Source: Armatimonadota bacterium | Lineage (GTDB): Bacteria; Armatimonadota; UBA5829 | NCBI GenBank assembly: GCA_012522575.1 | Contig: JAAYKE010000067.1 | Location: 383-64,382 of the forward strand | Reading direction: 5' to 3' | Length of the DNA stretch: 64,000 bases | Part shown: in pieces, positions 19,154 through 29,700 of the stretch | Numbering within the stretch: the stretch's first letter is position 1 | Layout: each line of letters opens with the position of its first letter | Made by a program: the position numbers and the translations under genes | Notes under the pieces: model-generated | Told to the model about the DNA's origin: nothing | What the model saw: only the letters and a program-made list of their open reading frames with translations | The model's database searches: none

Positions 19154-19909
19154 ATGTCTGACGTGCCTTATATTACGCTGCTTGGGGTCAAGATTCATAG
19201 GGTTGATATGAGCGCCACGCTCGCGCTCATTCGCGAGTATATCGCCAGCGGCAAGCCCCATATAATCGTCACCGCGGACGCATCAAGCGTGGTGCGCGCG
19301 CAAAACGACGCCGAGTTTCAATATCTGATCAACGCGGCGAACCTTGTGACGCCCGATGGGTTTGGAGTGATAAAGGCGGCGGATATGCTCGGAACTCCGC
19401 TGATTGAGCGGGTAAGCGGGGTGGAGATAGCCAAAGAACTGTGCAGGATGTCCGCCGAGGAAGGGTTTTCGGTATATTTCCTCGGAGCAGCCCCCGGCGT
19501 GGCCGAGCTTGCCGCACAAAACCTGAAGAAGAGATTCCCGGCGCTTCAGGTGGCGGGAGTGCACGACGGTTATTTTGACGCATCCAAAGACTCCGAGATC
19601 GTAGCGCAGGTGAAGGCCTCCGGCGCACATGCGCTGCTGGTGGCGATGGGAATTCCACGGCAGGAAAAGTTTATTTATGAAAATATGCAAAAGCTGGGAG
19701 TATGCGTGGCGATGGGCGTCGGAGGGTCGTTCGATGTATTTTCCGGCAAAGTGAAACGTGCGCCTGAGTGGTATCAGAAACATGGGCTTGAGTGGTTCTA
19801 CCGTCTCGTAAAAGACCCTACCAAGATAAAAAAAGCCGCCACCCTGCCGAAATTCGCGGCGATGGTGATTTGTCGTCGGATAATGAAAGCTTCGTTTCGG
19901 GCTAAATAA
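19154..19909 (+). CDS. WecB/TagA/CpsF family glycosyltransferase (N-acetylmannosaminyltransferase-like)
   Basis: Family-typical HIIVTADASS...TPDGFGV...VYFLGAAPGVAE..AMGIPRQEKF core. The start was moved to Met 28 of the track ORF, since the upstream part lies in the repeat. Confidence 0.8.
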   Translation: MSDVPYITLLGVKIHRVDMSATLALIREYIASGKPHIIVTADASSVVRAQNDAEFQYLINAANLVTPDGFGVIKAADMLGTPLIERVSGVEIAKELCRMSAEEGFSVYFLGAAPGVAELAAQNLKKRFPALQVAGVHDGYFDASKDSEIVAQVKASGAHALLVAMGIPRQEKFIYENMQKLGVCVAMGVGGSFDVFSGKVKRAPEWYQKHGLEWFYRLVKDPTKIKKAATLPKFAAMVICRRIMKASFRAK

Positions 19910-19945
19910 TAAAAACTTTTGTGATTGCAGAATCTGGAGAAGTAT

Positions 19946-20863
19946 ATGTCATCAAACCCTGTATTGATAGTCGGCAGCGTCGCGCTGGACTCGGTTCGGA
20001 CTCCCTCCGGAACCACCGAGCGCGCACTCGGAGGAGCCGCAGTATATTCGTCGGTAGCAGCGAGTTTTTTTGCTCCGGTGCGGATTGTAGGAGTAGTCGG
20101 GGAGGATTTCCCCAAAAAGCACATAGACTTCCTCCGCTCGCGAGATATAGACCTGCAGGGGCTGCAGATAATATCGGGAGGCCAGACGTTTCATTGGGCC
20201 GGCTCCTATGAAGGGGATTTGAACCAGGCGGACACGCTGGCGACGGAGCTTAATGTGTTTCAGGACTTCAGACCGGAACTGCCCGATGCATATAAGTCCT
20301 CGCAATATGTATTTCTGGCCAATATCGACCCGGAACTACAGCTTAAAGTGCTCGACCAGGTGCCAGACGCGAAGCTCAAGGCGATGGATACGATGGACTT
20401 CTGGATCACCGGCAAATCCGAAGCGCTGCTGGAGGTGATTCGTCGCGTTGACATAGTATTTATAAATGATGCCGAGATAAGGCTGCTCACCGGCATAATC
20501 AACCTCACAAAAGCCGCCGCGCATCTTCGCTCCCTGGGTCCCAAGTATGTCATCGTAAAAAAAGGGGAGCACGGCGCGATGATGTATTGCGACGAAAAGA
20601 TGCATTTCGCGGCTGCGTCATACCCGCTTGAGGAAGTAGCCGACCCCACCGGAGCCGGGGACAGCTTCGCGGGCGGATTTATGGGCTATCTCGCCGGTTC
20701 GGGCCGACTGGTCAAGGAAAACCTGCGCAGGGCGGTGATTTACGGCAGCACGCTGGCAAGCTATACTGTCCAGGAGTTCAGCCTCAATCGCTTCAGAAAC
20801 CTCACCAGAACCGAAATAGCCAACCGCTATGAGGAGTTCAGGCAAATGGTGTGGGTCGATTAG
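19946..20863 (+). CDS. PfkB-family carbohydrate kinase
   Basis: N-terminal VGSVALD and C-terminal DPTGAGDSFAGGF anion-hole / ATP motifs. GGAGAAG RBS before MSSNPVLIVG. Confidence 0.8.
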   Translation: MSSNPVLIVGSVALDSVRTPSGTTERALGGAAVYSSVAASFFAPVRIVGVVGEDFPKKHIDFLRSRDIDLQGLQIISGGQTFHWAGSYEGDLNQADTLATELNVFQDFRPELPDAYKSSQYVFLANIDPELQLKVLDQVPDAKLKAMDTMDFWITGKSEALLEVIRRVDIVFINDAEIRLLTGIINLTKAAAHLRSLGPKYVIVKKGEHGAMMYCDEKMHFAAASYPLEEVADPTGAGDSFAGGFMGYLAGSGRLVKENLRRAVIYGSTLASYTVQEFSLNRFRNLTRTEIANRYEEFRQMVWVD

Positions 20864-20883
20864 TGAGCAGGCCGACCTGATCC

Positions 20884-21594
20884 ATGCCAATCCGAATTCT
20901 GAGGAATATCTGCCTCGGCGCGGCTGATTTAACGTATCCGATTCACTGCGTGGTGTGCCGCCGGTCGTGGCACAGCGTCGTATGCGCCCAATGCCTGGAT
21001 AAGATAACGCACATCGTCCCTCCGGTCTGCGCAAGATGCGGGTTGCCAACCGATCGCCACATTTGCGGGACCTGCCGCACTCGAAAGTTCCATTTTGAGA
21101 AAGCTCGCAGCTCCGCTGTGTTTGAAGGCGCGCTCAGGGAGGCGATCCACGCACTGAAATACCGCAACCTCAAGGCCGTCGCCGATCCGCTGATCGAGGT
21201 TATGAATAAGGCCTATCCATTTTACAATTACCGCAACTCAATAGATATGATCATACCGATTCCCGTTCACTGGTCGCGGATAGTCGAACGGGGATTCAAT
21301 CAATCTGAGCTGCTTGCGCGCGGGATTGCCCGGCATTTGTCTATTCGCCTTGAAACCGCAATGCTTTATAAGGCTTTCAAAACTCCGCATCAGGCGGACT
21401 TGCCGTTTGAGCAGAGATTGACCAATGTGGCAGGCTCATTTGCCGTTCGAAATGCACATAAGCTGCAGGGCAAAAGAGCGCTGCTGATAGATGACGTGAT
21501 GACCACAGGGGCGACCCTTGATGAGGCGGCGCGTGCGCTGCTTGAAGCAGGAGCTTCATCGGTGGTCGCCTATACCCTGTCAAGAAGCCTGTGA
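20884..21594 (+). CDS. comFC: ComF family protein (double zinc-ribbon plus phosphoribosyltransferase domain)
   Basis: CxxC...CxxC pairs at the N-terminus and the PRTase motif LLIDDVMTTGATL. Confidence 0.75.
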   Translation: MPIRILRNICLGAADLTYPIHCVVCRRSWHSVVCAQCLDKITHIVPPVCARCGLPTDRHICGTCRTRKFHFEKARSSAVFEGALREAIHALKYRNLKAVADPLIEVMNKAYPFYNYRNSIDMIIPIPVHWSRIVERGFNQSELLARGIARHLSIRLETAMLYKAFKTPHQADLPFEQRLTNVAGSFAVRNAHKLQGKRALLIDDVMTTGATLDEAARALLEAGASSVVAYTLSRSL

Positions 21595-21602
21595 TGAACA
21601 CA

Positions 21603-21636
21603 CACAAAAAAGCCCCACGCAAAAAAAGCATGGGGC
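21603..21636 (-). terminator. Rho-independent terminator for csp (stem GCCCCA/TGGGGC, then T-run on the minus strand); also closes comFC from the other side
   Basis: Perfect 6-bp GC stem with a 13-nt loop, followed on the reverse strand by TTTTTTGTGTG. Confidence 0.6.
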
Positions 21637-21662
21637 AATAGAGATTGACAGCGTCTTTACAG

Positions 21663-21875
21663 CTATCCTGCAGACTGAACGTTCGCGGCCTGCGGCCCCT
21701 TAGGCCCGTCAGCAACCTCGAACTCTACCTGCTGGCCTTCGTACAAAGTCTTGCGACCATCCATGTTAATCGCAGAGTAATGCACAAAAATATCCTTGCC
21801 TTCATCTGTAGCGATGAAGCCATAGCCTTTGGCATCGTTGAACCATTTTACAACACCGCTTTGCAAGAACTTCAC
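21663..21875 (-). CDS. csp: Cold-shock protein (CspA family)
   Basis: 70 aa with [18 protein letters not shown]1 and VHYSAI RNP2 motifs. Confidence 0.92.
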   Translation of the reverse strand: MKFLQSGVVKWFNDAKGYGFIATDEGKDIFVHYSAINMDGRKTLYEGQQVEFEVADGPKGPQAANVQSAG

Positions 21876-22048
21876 CCTCCTTTGCCTATTGCGCGTAAAT
21901 CCGAGCTCATCCTTCCGAGCATCAGCCTATCGGCAAAGGGACTGCTCTAAACTTACACGATCTTGTCGTATGTTTTTGCACGCCAAATTGAACCAGCGAC
22001 TCTCTGCGTAGTTTAGCCCGTTCAACCCGGTTGACCCACACGCAACAA

Positions 22049-22411
22049 TTACTTCTCCAATCGTTGAAGTAATTCCTCCATTTGGCGTTGAATTCGTTCC
22101 ATTTCTGTATCCATTTCGTCCTGCATAGTTTGCATTCGTTCCAGCAGCCCCAAAATGACCTCAACTCCAGCAAGGTTTACACCCATATCCTGGGTCAATC
22201 GTTGTATCTGGCGATGTCTGTCTAAATCCCTTTCGGAATACATACGATTCTTGGAACCGATCCTTGCAGGTTGTACTAATCCCAGTCGCTCATACATTCG
22301 CAGCGTCTGAGGATGCAATCGGCACAGCCGTGCTGCGACGCCTATCATATAGACAGGTTCGTCTTTATTAATCTGTCTCATAGCATCGGCCTCGCTTTCA
22401 GTGTGTGTCAC
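22049..22411 (-). CDS. hspR: MerR-family heat-shock repressor HspR
   Basis: MerR HTH ([25 protein letters not shown]) immediately downstream of dnaJ in the dnaK operon. Confidence 0.8.
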   Translation of the reverse strand: MTHTESEADAMRQINKDEPVYMIGVAARLCRLHPQTLRMYERLGLVQPARIGSKNRMYSERDLDRHRQIQRLTQDMGVNLAGVEVILGLLERMQTMQDEMDTEMERIQRQMEELLQRLEK

Positions 22412-23334
22412 GCCGCCTCAGGTTGCCTGAGTCTCCTCAATTGTTCGAGAATCTCGCGTTCCTTATCACTTATATTTTCCGGAATTGTTATGCGGACTTT
22501 GGCGAACAGATTGCCTCGTCCTTCGTTTTTAAGCTTTGGCATGCCCTGCCCCGGCAGTCGAAAAACTCGCCCCCCGGAGGTCGACTCCGGCACTTTCATC
22601 GTCACCCTGCCGCCCAGAGTGGGAACCTGCACTTCTCCGCCCAGAGCCGCCAGCAAATAGTCTACCGACACCTCAACATAAAGGTCGTCGTCGCGACGCT
22701 CATAGACCGGGTGATTGCGCACGTTTATCTTTATCAGCAAATCACCCCTGCCCGCCTGCCCATCCTGTCCCTGACCGGCAAGGCGTATTTTTTGTGCGTT
22801 TTTGACTCCTTTTGGAATGGTGATATCCAGTTTGCGCCCGTTGAGTGTGATCGGTTTTTTTGTCCCGTGAAATGCGTCCTCCAGCGAGACTTCCATCTCA
22901 GCTTCGATATTTGCGCCCTTTTGCGGCGCCTGTCTTTTGCCTGCCGCCGGGCCGCCGCGCGCTCCGTGTCCAAACAACATCTCAAAAAAGTCGCTGAACC
23001 CCTGACCGCCGTAGTCAGAGCCGACCGACTCGCCAACTCCTCCATAGTCGAAGGTAAACGAGTCCCACATCGATCCCGGCCCGCCCGCTCCCGGCTGGCC
23101 TGCCTGCTCCCAATACTGGCCATACTGATCGTATTTGGCGCGCTTTTTCTCGTCAGAAAGCACCTCGTAGGCTTCGCTGATCTCCTTGAACTTCTCCTCA
23201 GCGGCCTTGTCGCCGGGGTTCACGTCCGGATGATGCTTGCGCGCGAGCTTACGATAGGCGGACTTTATCTCTTTTTCGGTCGCGCCTCTTTCGACTCCCA
23301 GTATTGCATAATAGTCTTTATAATTTCGGGCCAT
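22408..23334 (-). CDS. dnaJ: J-domain co-chaperone (DnaJ/CbpA type, lacks the Cys-rich zinc-finger region)
   Basis: J-domain with HPD ([13 protein letters not shown]), G/F-rich linker and C-terminal substrate-binding domains. Confidence 0.85.
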   Translation of the reverse strand: MARNYKDYYAILGVERGATEKEIKSAYRKLARKHHPDVNPGDKAAEEKFKEISEAYEVLSDEKKRAKYDQYGQYWEQAGQPGAGGPGSMWDSFTFDYGGVGESVGSDYGGQGFSDFFEMLFGHGARGGPAAGKRQAPQKGANIEAEMEVSLEDAFHGTKKPITLNGRKLDITIPKGVKNAQKIRLAGQGQDGQAGRGDLLIKINVRNHPVYERRDDDLYVEVSVDYLLAALGGEVQVPTLGGRVTMKVPESTSGGRVFRLPGQGMPKLKNEGRGNLFAKVRITIPENISDKEREILEQLRRLRQPEAA

Positions 23335-23407
23335 AATAAACCGGTGGTATCTTTTACGGAACGGATGCCGGGAGGGCTGCTCCCGACATCCTTATACTGA
23401 CAGTATT

Positions 23408-23845
23408 TTATTGCTGATTGATCTCGATCTTCTTTGGTTTGACCTCTTCGGCCTTGGGCACGGTGATCTCCAGCACGCCATCTCTGAATGCCGCTTTGAT
23501 CTTATCCGGCTGCACCGGAACGCCAATGCTGAACGATCGTCTGAACGGGCCATACGCCCGCTCTACGCGCAGATATTTCTCATCCGAGCTATCGCAGAAC
23601 TTTCGCTCTCCGGATATCGTAAGTGACTCCGAGGTCACCTCAACGTCCATATCCTCACGAGAAACTCCCGGAAGTTCGGCGCGAACAATCAAGTCGTTTT
23701 CACCTTCGATGATATCGACTACCGGCGCCCAGGTCTTTTCGGCTCCCTCGGCCTCGCCGCGACTGATTTGCTCGTTGAACACACGGTTGATCCTATCCTG
23801 CAGTGCGCTCATTTCACGAAATGGATCCCATCTACTGATCATCAT
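23408..23845 (-). CDS. Hsp20/alpha-crystallin family small heat-shock protein
   Basis: 145 aa with the alpha-crystallin domain (AFRDGVLEITVPK). Confidence 0.88.
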   Translation of the reverse strand: MMISRWDPFREMSALQDRINRVFNEQISRGEAEGAEKTWAPVVDIIEGENDLIVRAELPGVSREDMDVEVTSESLTISGERKFCDSSDEKYLRVERAYGPFRRSFSIGVPVQPDKIKAAFRDGVLEITVPKAEEVKPKKIEINQQ

Positions 23846-23911
23846 CTTACTGTTCGCTCCTTTCTATTGTCAGTAAGTTTATGCAACAGCTTGAGGGTTC
23901 GAGGCCATCGC

Positions 23912-25747
23912 TTACTCGGCCTCGAACTCCGCATCTATCACGCCGTCGTCTTCATCATAAGCTGTCGGCTCTTCGGCAGCGGCTCCGGCGGTCTCGTCGG
24001 TTTGCTGCTGCGCGGACTGCTCATAGAGCATCTGCGATAGCTTATAACTCGCCTGCTGCAGATTTTCTGCCGAAGCGTTAATCTTTTCCGGATCGTTTGA
24101 TTCCAGAGCCGTCCGCAGCTCGGTCATAGAGTTTTCTATGGCCAGCTTGTCAGCCGAAGGAACCTTATCCCCAAGGTCTTTGAGCATCTTATCGGTCGAA
24201 TAGAGCATCTGCTCGGCTTTGTTCTTTGCCTCGGCAGCCTCCCTGAGTTGCTTGTCCTCATCGGAATGCAGCTCGGCCTCCTTCATCATTTTGTCGATCT
24301 CTTCTTTTGAGAGCCTTGTCGAGCCGCTGATAGTTATGCTCTGCTGTTTATTGGTGGCAAGATCCTTTGCCGACACGTTGACTATGCCGTTGGCGTCGAT
24401 GTCGAACGTAACCTCAACCTGAGGAACGCCCCTTGGAGCCGGCGGGATTCCGGTAAGATGGAATCGTCCGAGGCTGTGGTTATATTGAGTCCTCTCGCGC
24501 TCACCCTGCAGGACGTGTATCTCCACCTCGGTCTGCCCATCCGCCGCAGTCGTGTAGGTCTTGGATTTGCGGGTAGGGATGGTTGTATTTCGCTCGATCA
24601 TCTTGTCCGTTATTCCGCCCAGAGTTTCCACTCCTAGGGTCAGCGGGGTGACGTCAAGCAATACAACGTCTTTTACCTCTCCTCCAAGCACTCCGGCCTG
24701 GATTGCAGCCCCGATTGAGACCACTTCGTCGGGGTTAACGCTTCTGTTAGGCTCCTTGCCGCCGGCCAGATTTTTGACGAGTTCCAGAATCTGCGGCATT
24801 CGAGTAGCTCCGCCGACCAATACGATCTCATTGATATCCGTATCGGCGATCTTGGCGTCCTCCATAGCTCTTTTGAACGGCCCCACGCAGCGATCGAGCA
24901 GATCACGGGTGAGTTCCTCAAATTTAGCCCGCGTTATGGTCATGTCCAGGTGCTTAGGGCCGGATGCGTCCGCCGTCACGTATGGCAGATTGACGCTGGT
25001 CTGCACCATACTGGAAAGCTCGACTTTGGCCTTTTCGGCCGCTTCGCGCACTCTCTGCAGAGCCTGTCGGTCGTTGCGCAGATCGATCCCCTGTGAAGCC
25101 TTGAAGTCGTCACAGATATAATCGACCAGCCTCTGATCCCAGTCGTCTCCGCCAAGGCGCGTGTCCCCGGATGTGGACTTGACCTCAAATACGCCATCGC
25201 CGACCTCGAGCACGGATACGTCGAACGTGCCTCCGCCAAGGTCCCAAACCAAAACGATCTCGTTGCCTTTTTTGTCCAGACCATAGGCCAGCGCCGCCGC
25301 CGTAGGTTCGTTGATAATACGCAGCACATTCAGTCCTGCGACCTCTCCTGCGTGCTTGGTGGCCGTGCGCTGCATATCGTTGAAGTAAGCGGGTACCGTG
25401 ACAACTGCCTGGGTGACTTCTTCGCCGAGATACGCCTCCGCATCAGCCTTCAGCTTCTGCAGGACCATAGCCGATATCTCCTCAGGAGAATAAATTTTGC
25501 CGTCGATATCGGTCTTATGAGCAGTGCCCATCTCTCTCTTAATTGATGAGATGGTGTGATCCGGGTTAAGAATCGCCTGTCGCTTTGCCGTAACGCCGAC
25601 AAGCCGTTCCCCGTTCTTAGTGAACGCGACGACCGAAGGGGTCGTCCGGGAGCCCTCAGAGTTCGGTATGACTACCGGCTCCCCGCCTTCCATAACCGCC
25701 ACCACGCTGTTGGTGGTTCCTAAGTCTATGCCTACAGTCTTAGCCAA
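23912..25747 (-). CDS. dnaK: Molecular chaperone DnaK (Hsp70)
   Basis: 611 aa with [16 protein letters not shown] and the full Hsp70 signature set. TTG start preceded by GGAGGTG. Confidence 0.97.
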   Translation of the reverse strand: MAKTVGIDLGTTNSVVAVMEGGEPVVIPNSEGSRTTPSVVAFTKNGERLVGVTAKRQAILNPDHTISSIKREMGTAHKTDIDGKIYSPEEISAMVLQKLKADAEAYLGEEVTQAVVTVPAYFNDMQRTATKHAGEVAGLNVLRIINEPTAAALAYGLDKKGNEIVLVWDLGGGTFDVSVLEVGDGVFEVKSTSGDTRLGGDDWDQRLVDYICDDFKASQGIDLRNDRQALQRVREAAEKAKVELSSMVQTSVNLPYVTADASGPKHLDMTITRAKFEELTRDLLDRCVGPFKRAMEDAKIADTDINEIVLVGGATRMPQILELVKNLAGGKEPNRSVNPDEVVSIGAAIQAGVLGGEVKDVVLLDVTPLTLGVETLGGITDKMIERNTTIPTRKSKTYTTAADGQTEVEIHVLQGERERTQYNHSLGRFHLTGIPPAPRGVPQVEVTFDIDANGIVNVSAKDLATNKQQSITISGSTRLSKEEIDKMMKEAELHSDEDKQLREAAEAKNKAEQMLYSTDKMLKDLGDKVPSADKLAIENSMTELRTALESNDPEKINASAENLQQASYKLSQMLYEQSAQQQTDETAGAAAEEPTAYDEDDGVIDAEFEAE

Positions 25748-25844
25748 TTGAGTTCACCTCCGCAAACACTCGATACCCGATATTGTTGTTCGATTAAACA
25801 GGGTAATGAGCACTTTTAGTGTCACCTTACCTTACCTCGGTATT

Positions 25845-25876
25845 AATATATCACTTGCGTGTTATGCTGTCAAGTG
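25845..25876 (-). promoter_or_regulatory. Candidate dnaK promoter (reverse strand TTGACA-17 nt-TATATT) overlapped by the inverted repeat CACTTG-N13-CAAGTG, a putative HspR operator
   Basis: -35 at ~25868-25873 and -10 at ~25845-25850 on the reverse strand. Inverted-repeat arms at ~25852-25857 and 25871-25876. It resembles HAIR but is not identical to it. Confidence 0.45.
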
Positions 25877-25976
25877 GTTTGTCTGTTTTTTCTGATTTTT
25901 ACTTATTATATCTTTTAGCTGATGCGATAAGCGTCCCTGCTTTCGCTCTTGTGTGGGGTACGTTATAATCTAAAAG

Positions 25977-26621
25977 ATGCACTGCTTATGGGCCATTATA
26001 GATATTCAATCAATCCGCGATGCCATTGCCGCATGTGACGAATCCATTTTCAGATCTATAAACCTTGGTCTCGGCACAACCTGGCTTGACCCGATTATGA
26101 TTGTTTTTACGATCCTGGGAATCGGGGCTACTCAGGTGGGGATTGGGTTTATTGTGTTGACGGCAGGGTACGTCAAACGAAATCCGGCTCTTCGCAAAGC
26201 GGGATGTGCGGTATTGGCGACCTGCTTCGGGGCGCTATTGTTTTCGTCTTTTGCGAAGGTTTTTTGCGAAAGACCGCGCCCGTTGCTGTTGTTGTTCGAC
26301 GTTCGTCTGCCGGACAACGTCCTGTTTATTCGCAGTTTTCCCTCCGGACACACGGCCATCGCGTTTGCGGCAGGGACGATGTGGGCGGCTATTATCCCAA
26401 AAATGCGTTGGGTATTTTTTGCCGTTGCCGGGCTGGTGGGCTTTTCCAGAGTATATTTGGGGGTGCATTTCCCATTTGATGTATTATATGGGGCTGTGCT
26501 GGGCACGGTCGTGAGTGTTTATGTGGCGCGAATGTTTGGCTACTCGACAAAACAACGCCGCGAATCCGAGCCGGTCGGAAATTATGAAGAGCCGCCCTGC
26601 CTTGCCTCGAAATCCGGATAA
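25977..26621 (+). CDS. PAP2-superfamily phosphatase (membrane)
   Basis: KxxxxxxRP, PSGH and SRxxxxxHxxxD motifs (ERPRP, PSGHT, SRVYLGVHFPFD) with multiple TM segments. Confidence 0.8.
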   Translation: MHCLWAIIDIQSIRDAIAACDESIFRSINLGLGTTWLDPIMIVFTILGIGATQVGIGFIVLTAGYVKRNPALRKAGCAVLATCFGALLFSSFAKVFCERPRPLLLLFDVRLPDNVLFIRSFPSGHTAIAFAAGTMWAAIIPKMRWVFFAVAGLVGFSRVYLGVHFPFDVLYGAVLGTVVSVYVARMFGYSTKQRRESEPVGNYEEPPCLASKSG

Positions 26622-26790
26622 AGTCGCGGTGGTCTCCGCATTCTCAGATTAAATACTTTTGTAATCAGTATAATTACCTGATTTATTGCGCAGCAAGGCA
26701 CTTTAATACCTCATCATGCTACACTACCTATGGAATCACCAATCAGTATGTGTTGTTGATTTTCGCTAGTGGGTATGCAGCAGGAAGGAT

Positions 26791-29700
26791 ATGAACAGGA
26801 TGCAACTCAGCCGAATATGGATTATTTCGTGCTTGATAGCAGTATTTCTGATTTTCTCGGCAGGCTTGACCTGCGCGCAGAATATTACGATCTCAGGCAC
26901 GGTTCGCACTGTGACGGGGACAGGCGTCGGCAGTATAACGATAAGGGCAAGCAACGGCCAGACGACAAGCACAACCGTCGACGGCACGTATAGCCTCAGT
27001 TTGCCCGGCGGCTGGAGCGGGTCCATCGCTCCGGAGGGACAATACCTGATGCAGCCTCAAAGACATGAATACAACAACGTCACTACCAATATAACCGACC
27101 AGGATTTTGTAGCATCTCCCAAGCTGTATATGCTTTACAGCAACTCTTTAACCGCCGTTAAGCAAGGCGATATAGCAAGCGGAGACTTCAATGGCGACGG
27201 CAAAATGGACATCGTCGTTGCCGGCCTCGAACACGACAAAAAAACCGGCAATCTCGTGCCATCTGCGAATATATGGCGCAACGAGGGAGCGTCCGGTTTT
27301 ACTCAACTTGTGGCGGGCTTGACCGGGGTTAAGAATCCCGCGCTGGCCTGGGGGGACTATGACAACGATGGCAAGCTCGACGTGATCATCACGGGCGACA
27401 CCGGATCTGCCCTGGTAACCAGGCTCTATCGCAACGATGACAATTCGTGGCCGGTTGTAACTGAGGCTGTTCTGCCCGGGGTTAAACACGGGGATATTGC
27501 CTGGGCGGACTTCGATAACGACGGCAAACCGGATCTGTTGATAGCAGGGGAGGCTGCGTCAGGACGAATAACTAAGCTATTTCGCAACAATGGAGACGGC
27601 TCATTTACTGAACTGGGCGTCTCTGGGCTGCCCGGCGTATCGCAATGCTCTGTTGCGTGGGCGGACTTCGATAATGACGGTCGAATGGATTTCGCCATAG
27701 CAGGCAACTCGGACAGCGGCCCTGTCACAAAGATATTTCGCAACGACGGCGCAGGACAGTTTTCTGATATAAACGCCGGGCTAACGGGAGTCGGCTCGGC
27801 TTCGATAAGCTGGGGGGATTATGACCACGACGGCCTGCTTGACCTGGCAATCGCCGGTGAGCGCGCCGACTCTGTGAAGATCACCCGCATTTGCCGGAAT
27901 ACCGGATCGGGATTTGATGAACTGGACCTCGGCTTGCCCGGCGTCACAGGGACGATAATGTGGGGGGATTATAACAACGACGGACATTTGGACCTGGCCC
28001 TGGCGGGTCCGCAGGGTCCTGCCGAAACCGCCCCTAAAATATGTCATAACAATGGGGACGGCACATTTATCGTCTACCCTATAACCAACAGCGAAATCGG
28101 GCTGTCCGGCCTCAAGATGGTTTGGACCGACTTCAACAAAGATAACAAGCTCGATTTGATATTATGCGCGGAGACCAACGGCTCCTACGCCGGAACACTC
28201 ACATATAATAATGTGACCGCAACCGCAAACACAGCCCCAGGCGCGCCGAGCGGCTTGTCGGCTACATTTGACAACAATACTCTTACCATGTCCTGGAGCG
28301 CCGCCATCGATCCGAACACACCGGCGGACGGGTTGTCTTATAATATCCGAGTCGGAACTTCGCCCGGCGCAGACGATGTATTTTCCGGCATGGCAGACCT
28401 GTCGACCGGGCGCAGGAATGTTCTGGCGCCTGGCAATGCCGGATTTAACCTGACCTGGAAACTATGCAACCTGGTCACGCGCAACTACTATTGGAGCGTT
28501 CAGGCCGTAGACTCCGGGTATATGGCGTCCGCATGGGCTGCCGAGGCTATGGTCAATCCGGACTCCTCTCCGCCTGTCATTGGAATCAGCGCCCCGTCGG
28601 CGTCACTTACCAATGTCGGGCCGGTGAGCTACACAATCACCTACCAGGGTGCGGATTTCGTCACCCTTTCCAACACCGATGTCAGTTTGAATGTCACCGG
28701 CACGGCTAATGGAACCGTCTCGGTAAGCGGGACCGGAACCTCTGCCCGAACCGTGACCATATCCAATATAACCGGCGACGGAACGATAGGCATATCAATA
28801 GCCGCAGGCTCCGCCCGCAATTTCGCTGATGATTATGCGCCGGGAGCAGGGCCAAGCGCGACATTTACCGTAGACAACCTGTCACCTGTTATTAATATCA
28901 GCGCGCCCTCCGCTTCGATTACCCGTCAGGGACCTGTGAGCTACACAATAACATACGACGGATGCGACTCAATCACCCTTGCACAAGGGGATGTGACGCT
29001 CAACAAAACCGGCACTGCCAACGGCACGGTATCGGTCAGCGGAACCGGGCTTGCCGAGCGCACAGTGACCATAGACAATATAACCGGCAACGGCTCTCTG
29101 AGCATCTCAATCGCCGCCGAAACAGGACACAGCACGGCAGGCAACCATACCCCTGCAGTCGGCCCCGGCGATGCATTCGAGGTGGATAATACCCCGCCGG
29201 TAATCGAGATCGGGGAGCCGTCAGCGACAATTACATCCGCCGGCCCGGTGACATTTGAGGTCACCTATTCCGATGCGACCCTGATAACCCTCTCAGAGCA
29301 GGACGTCGTTCTAAACAAGACCGGCACTGCGGACGGCACGGTGTCAGTGACTGGCAGCGACCCCGGCAGCCGAACCGTGACCATATCTGATATCACCGGG
29401 GACGGCGCGCTCGGCATATCCATAAACGCGGGCACCGCTGCCGAAGATCTGGGCAACACGGCCCCTGCCGCCGGTCCAAGCGATACATTTGACGTTGACA
29501 ACACCGCTCCGAGTTTGACGATAGGTGAGCCTTCGGAGGAAATCACCCGCGCAGGGCCGGTAACCTTCGAAATCACTTATAACAACGCGGACTCCGTGAG
29601 CCTTTCCGATGAGGACATAACCCTGAATTTGACCGGCACGGCACAGGGCACGGCATCGGTCTCAGGCACGGGTTTGACCGATCGCACGGTTACCATAACT

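Noticed and set aside
25800-25830. CIRCE (HrcA) element upstream of dnaK (TGAGCACTTTTAGTGTCA)
   Set aside because: It is only a partial half-site resemblance to TTAGCACTC-N9-GAGTGCTAA, and there is no hrcA in the operon. The presence of hspR favours an HspR-type operator.
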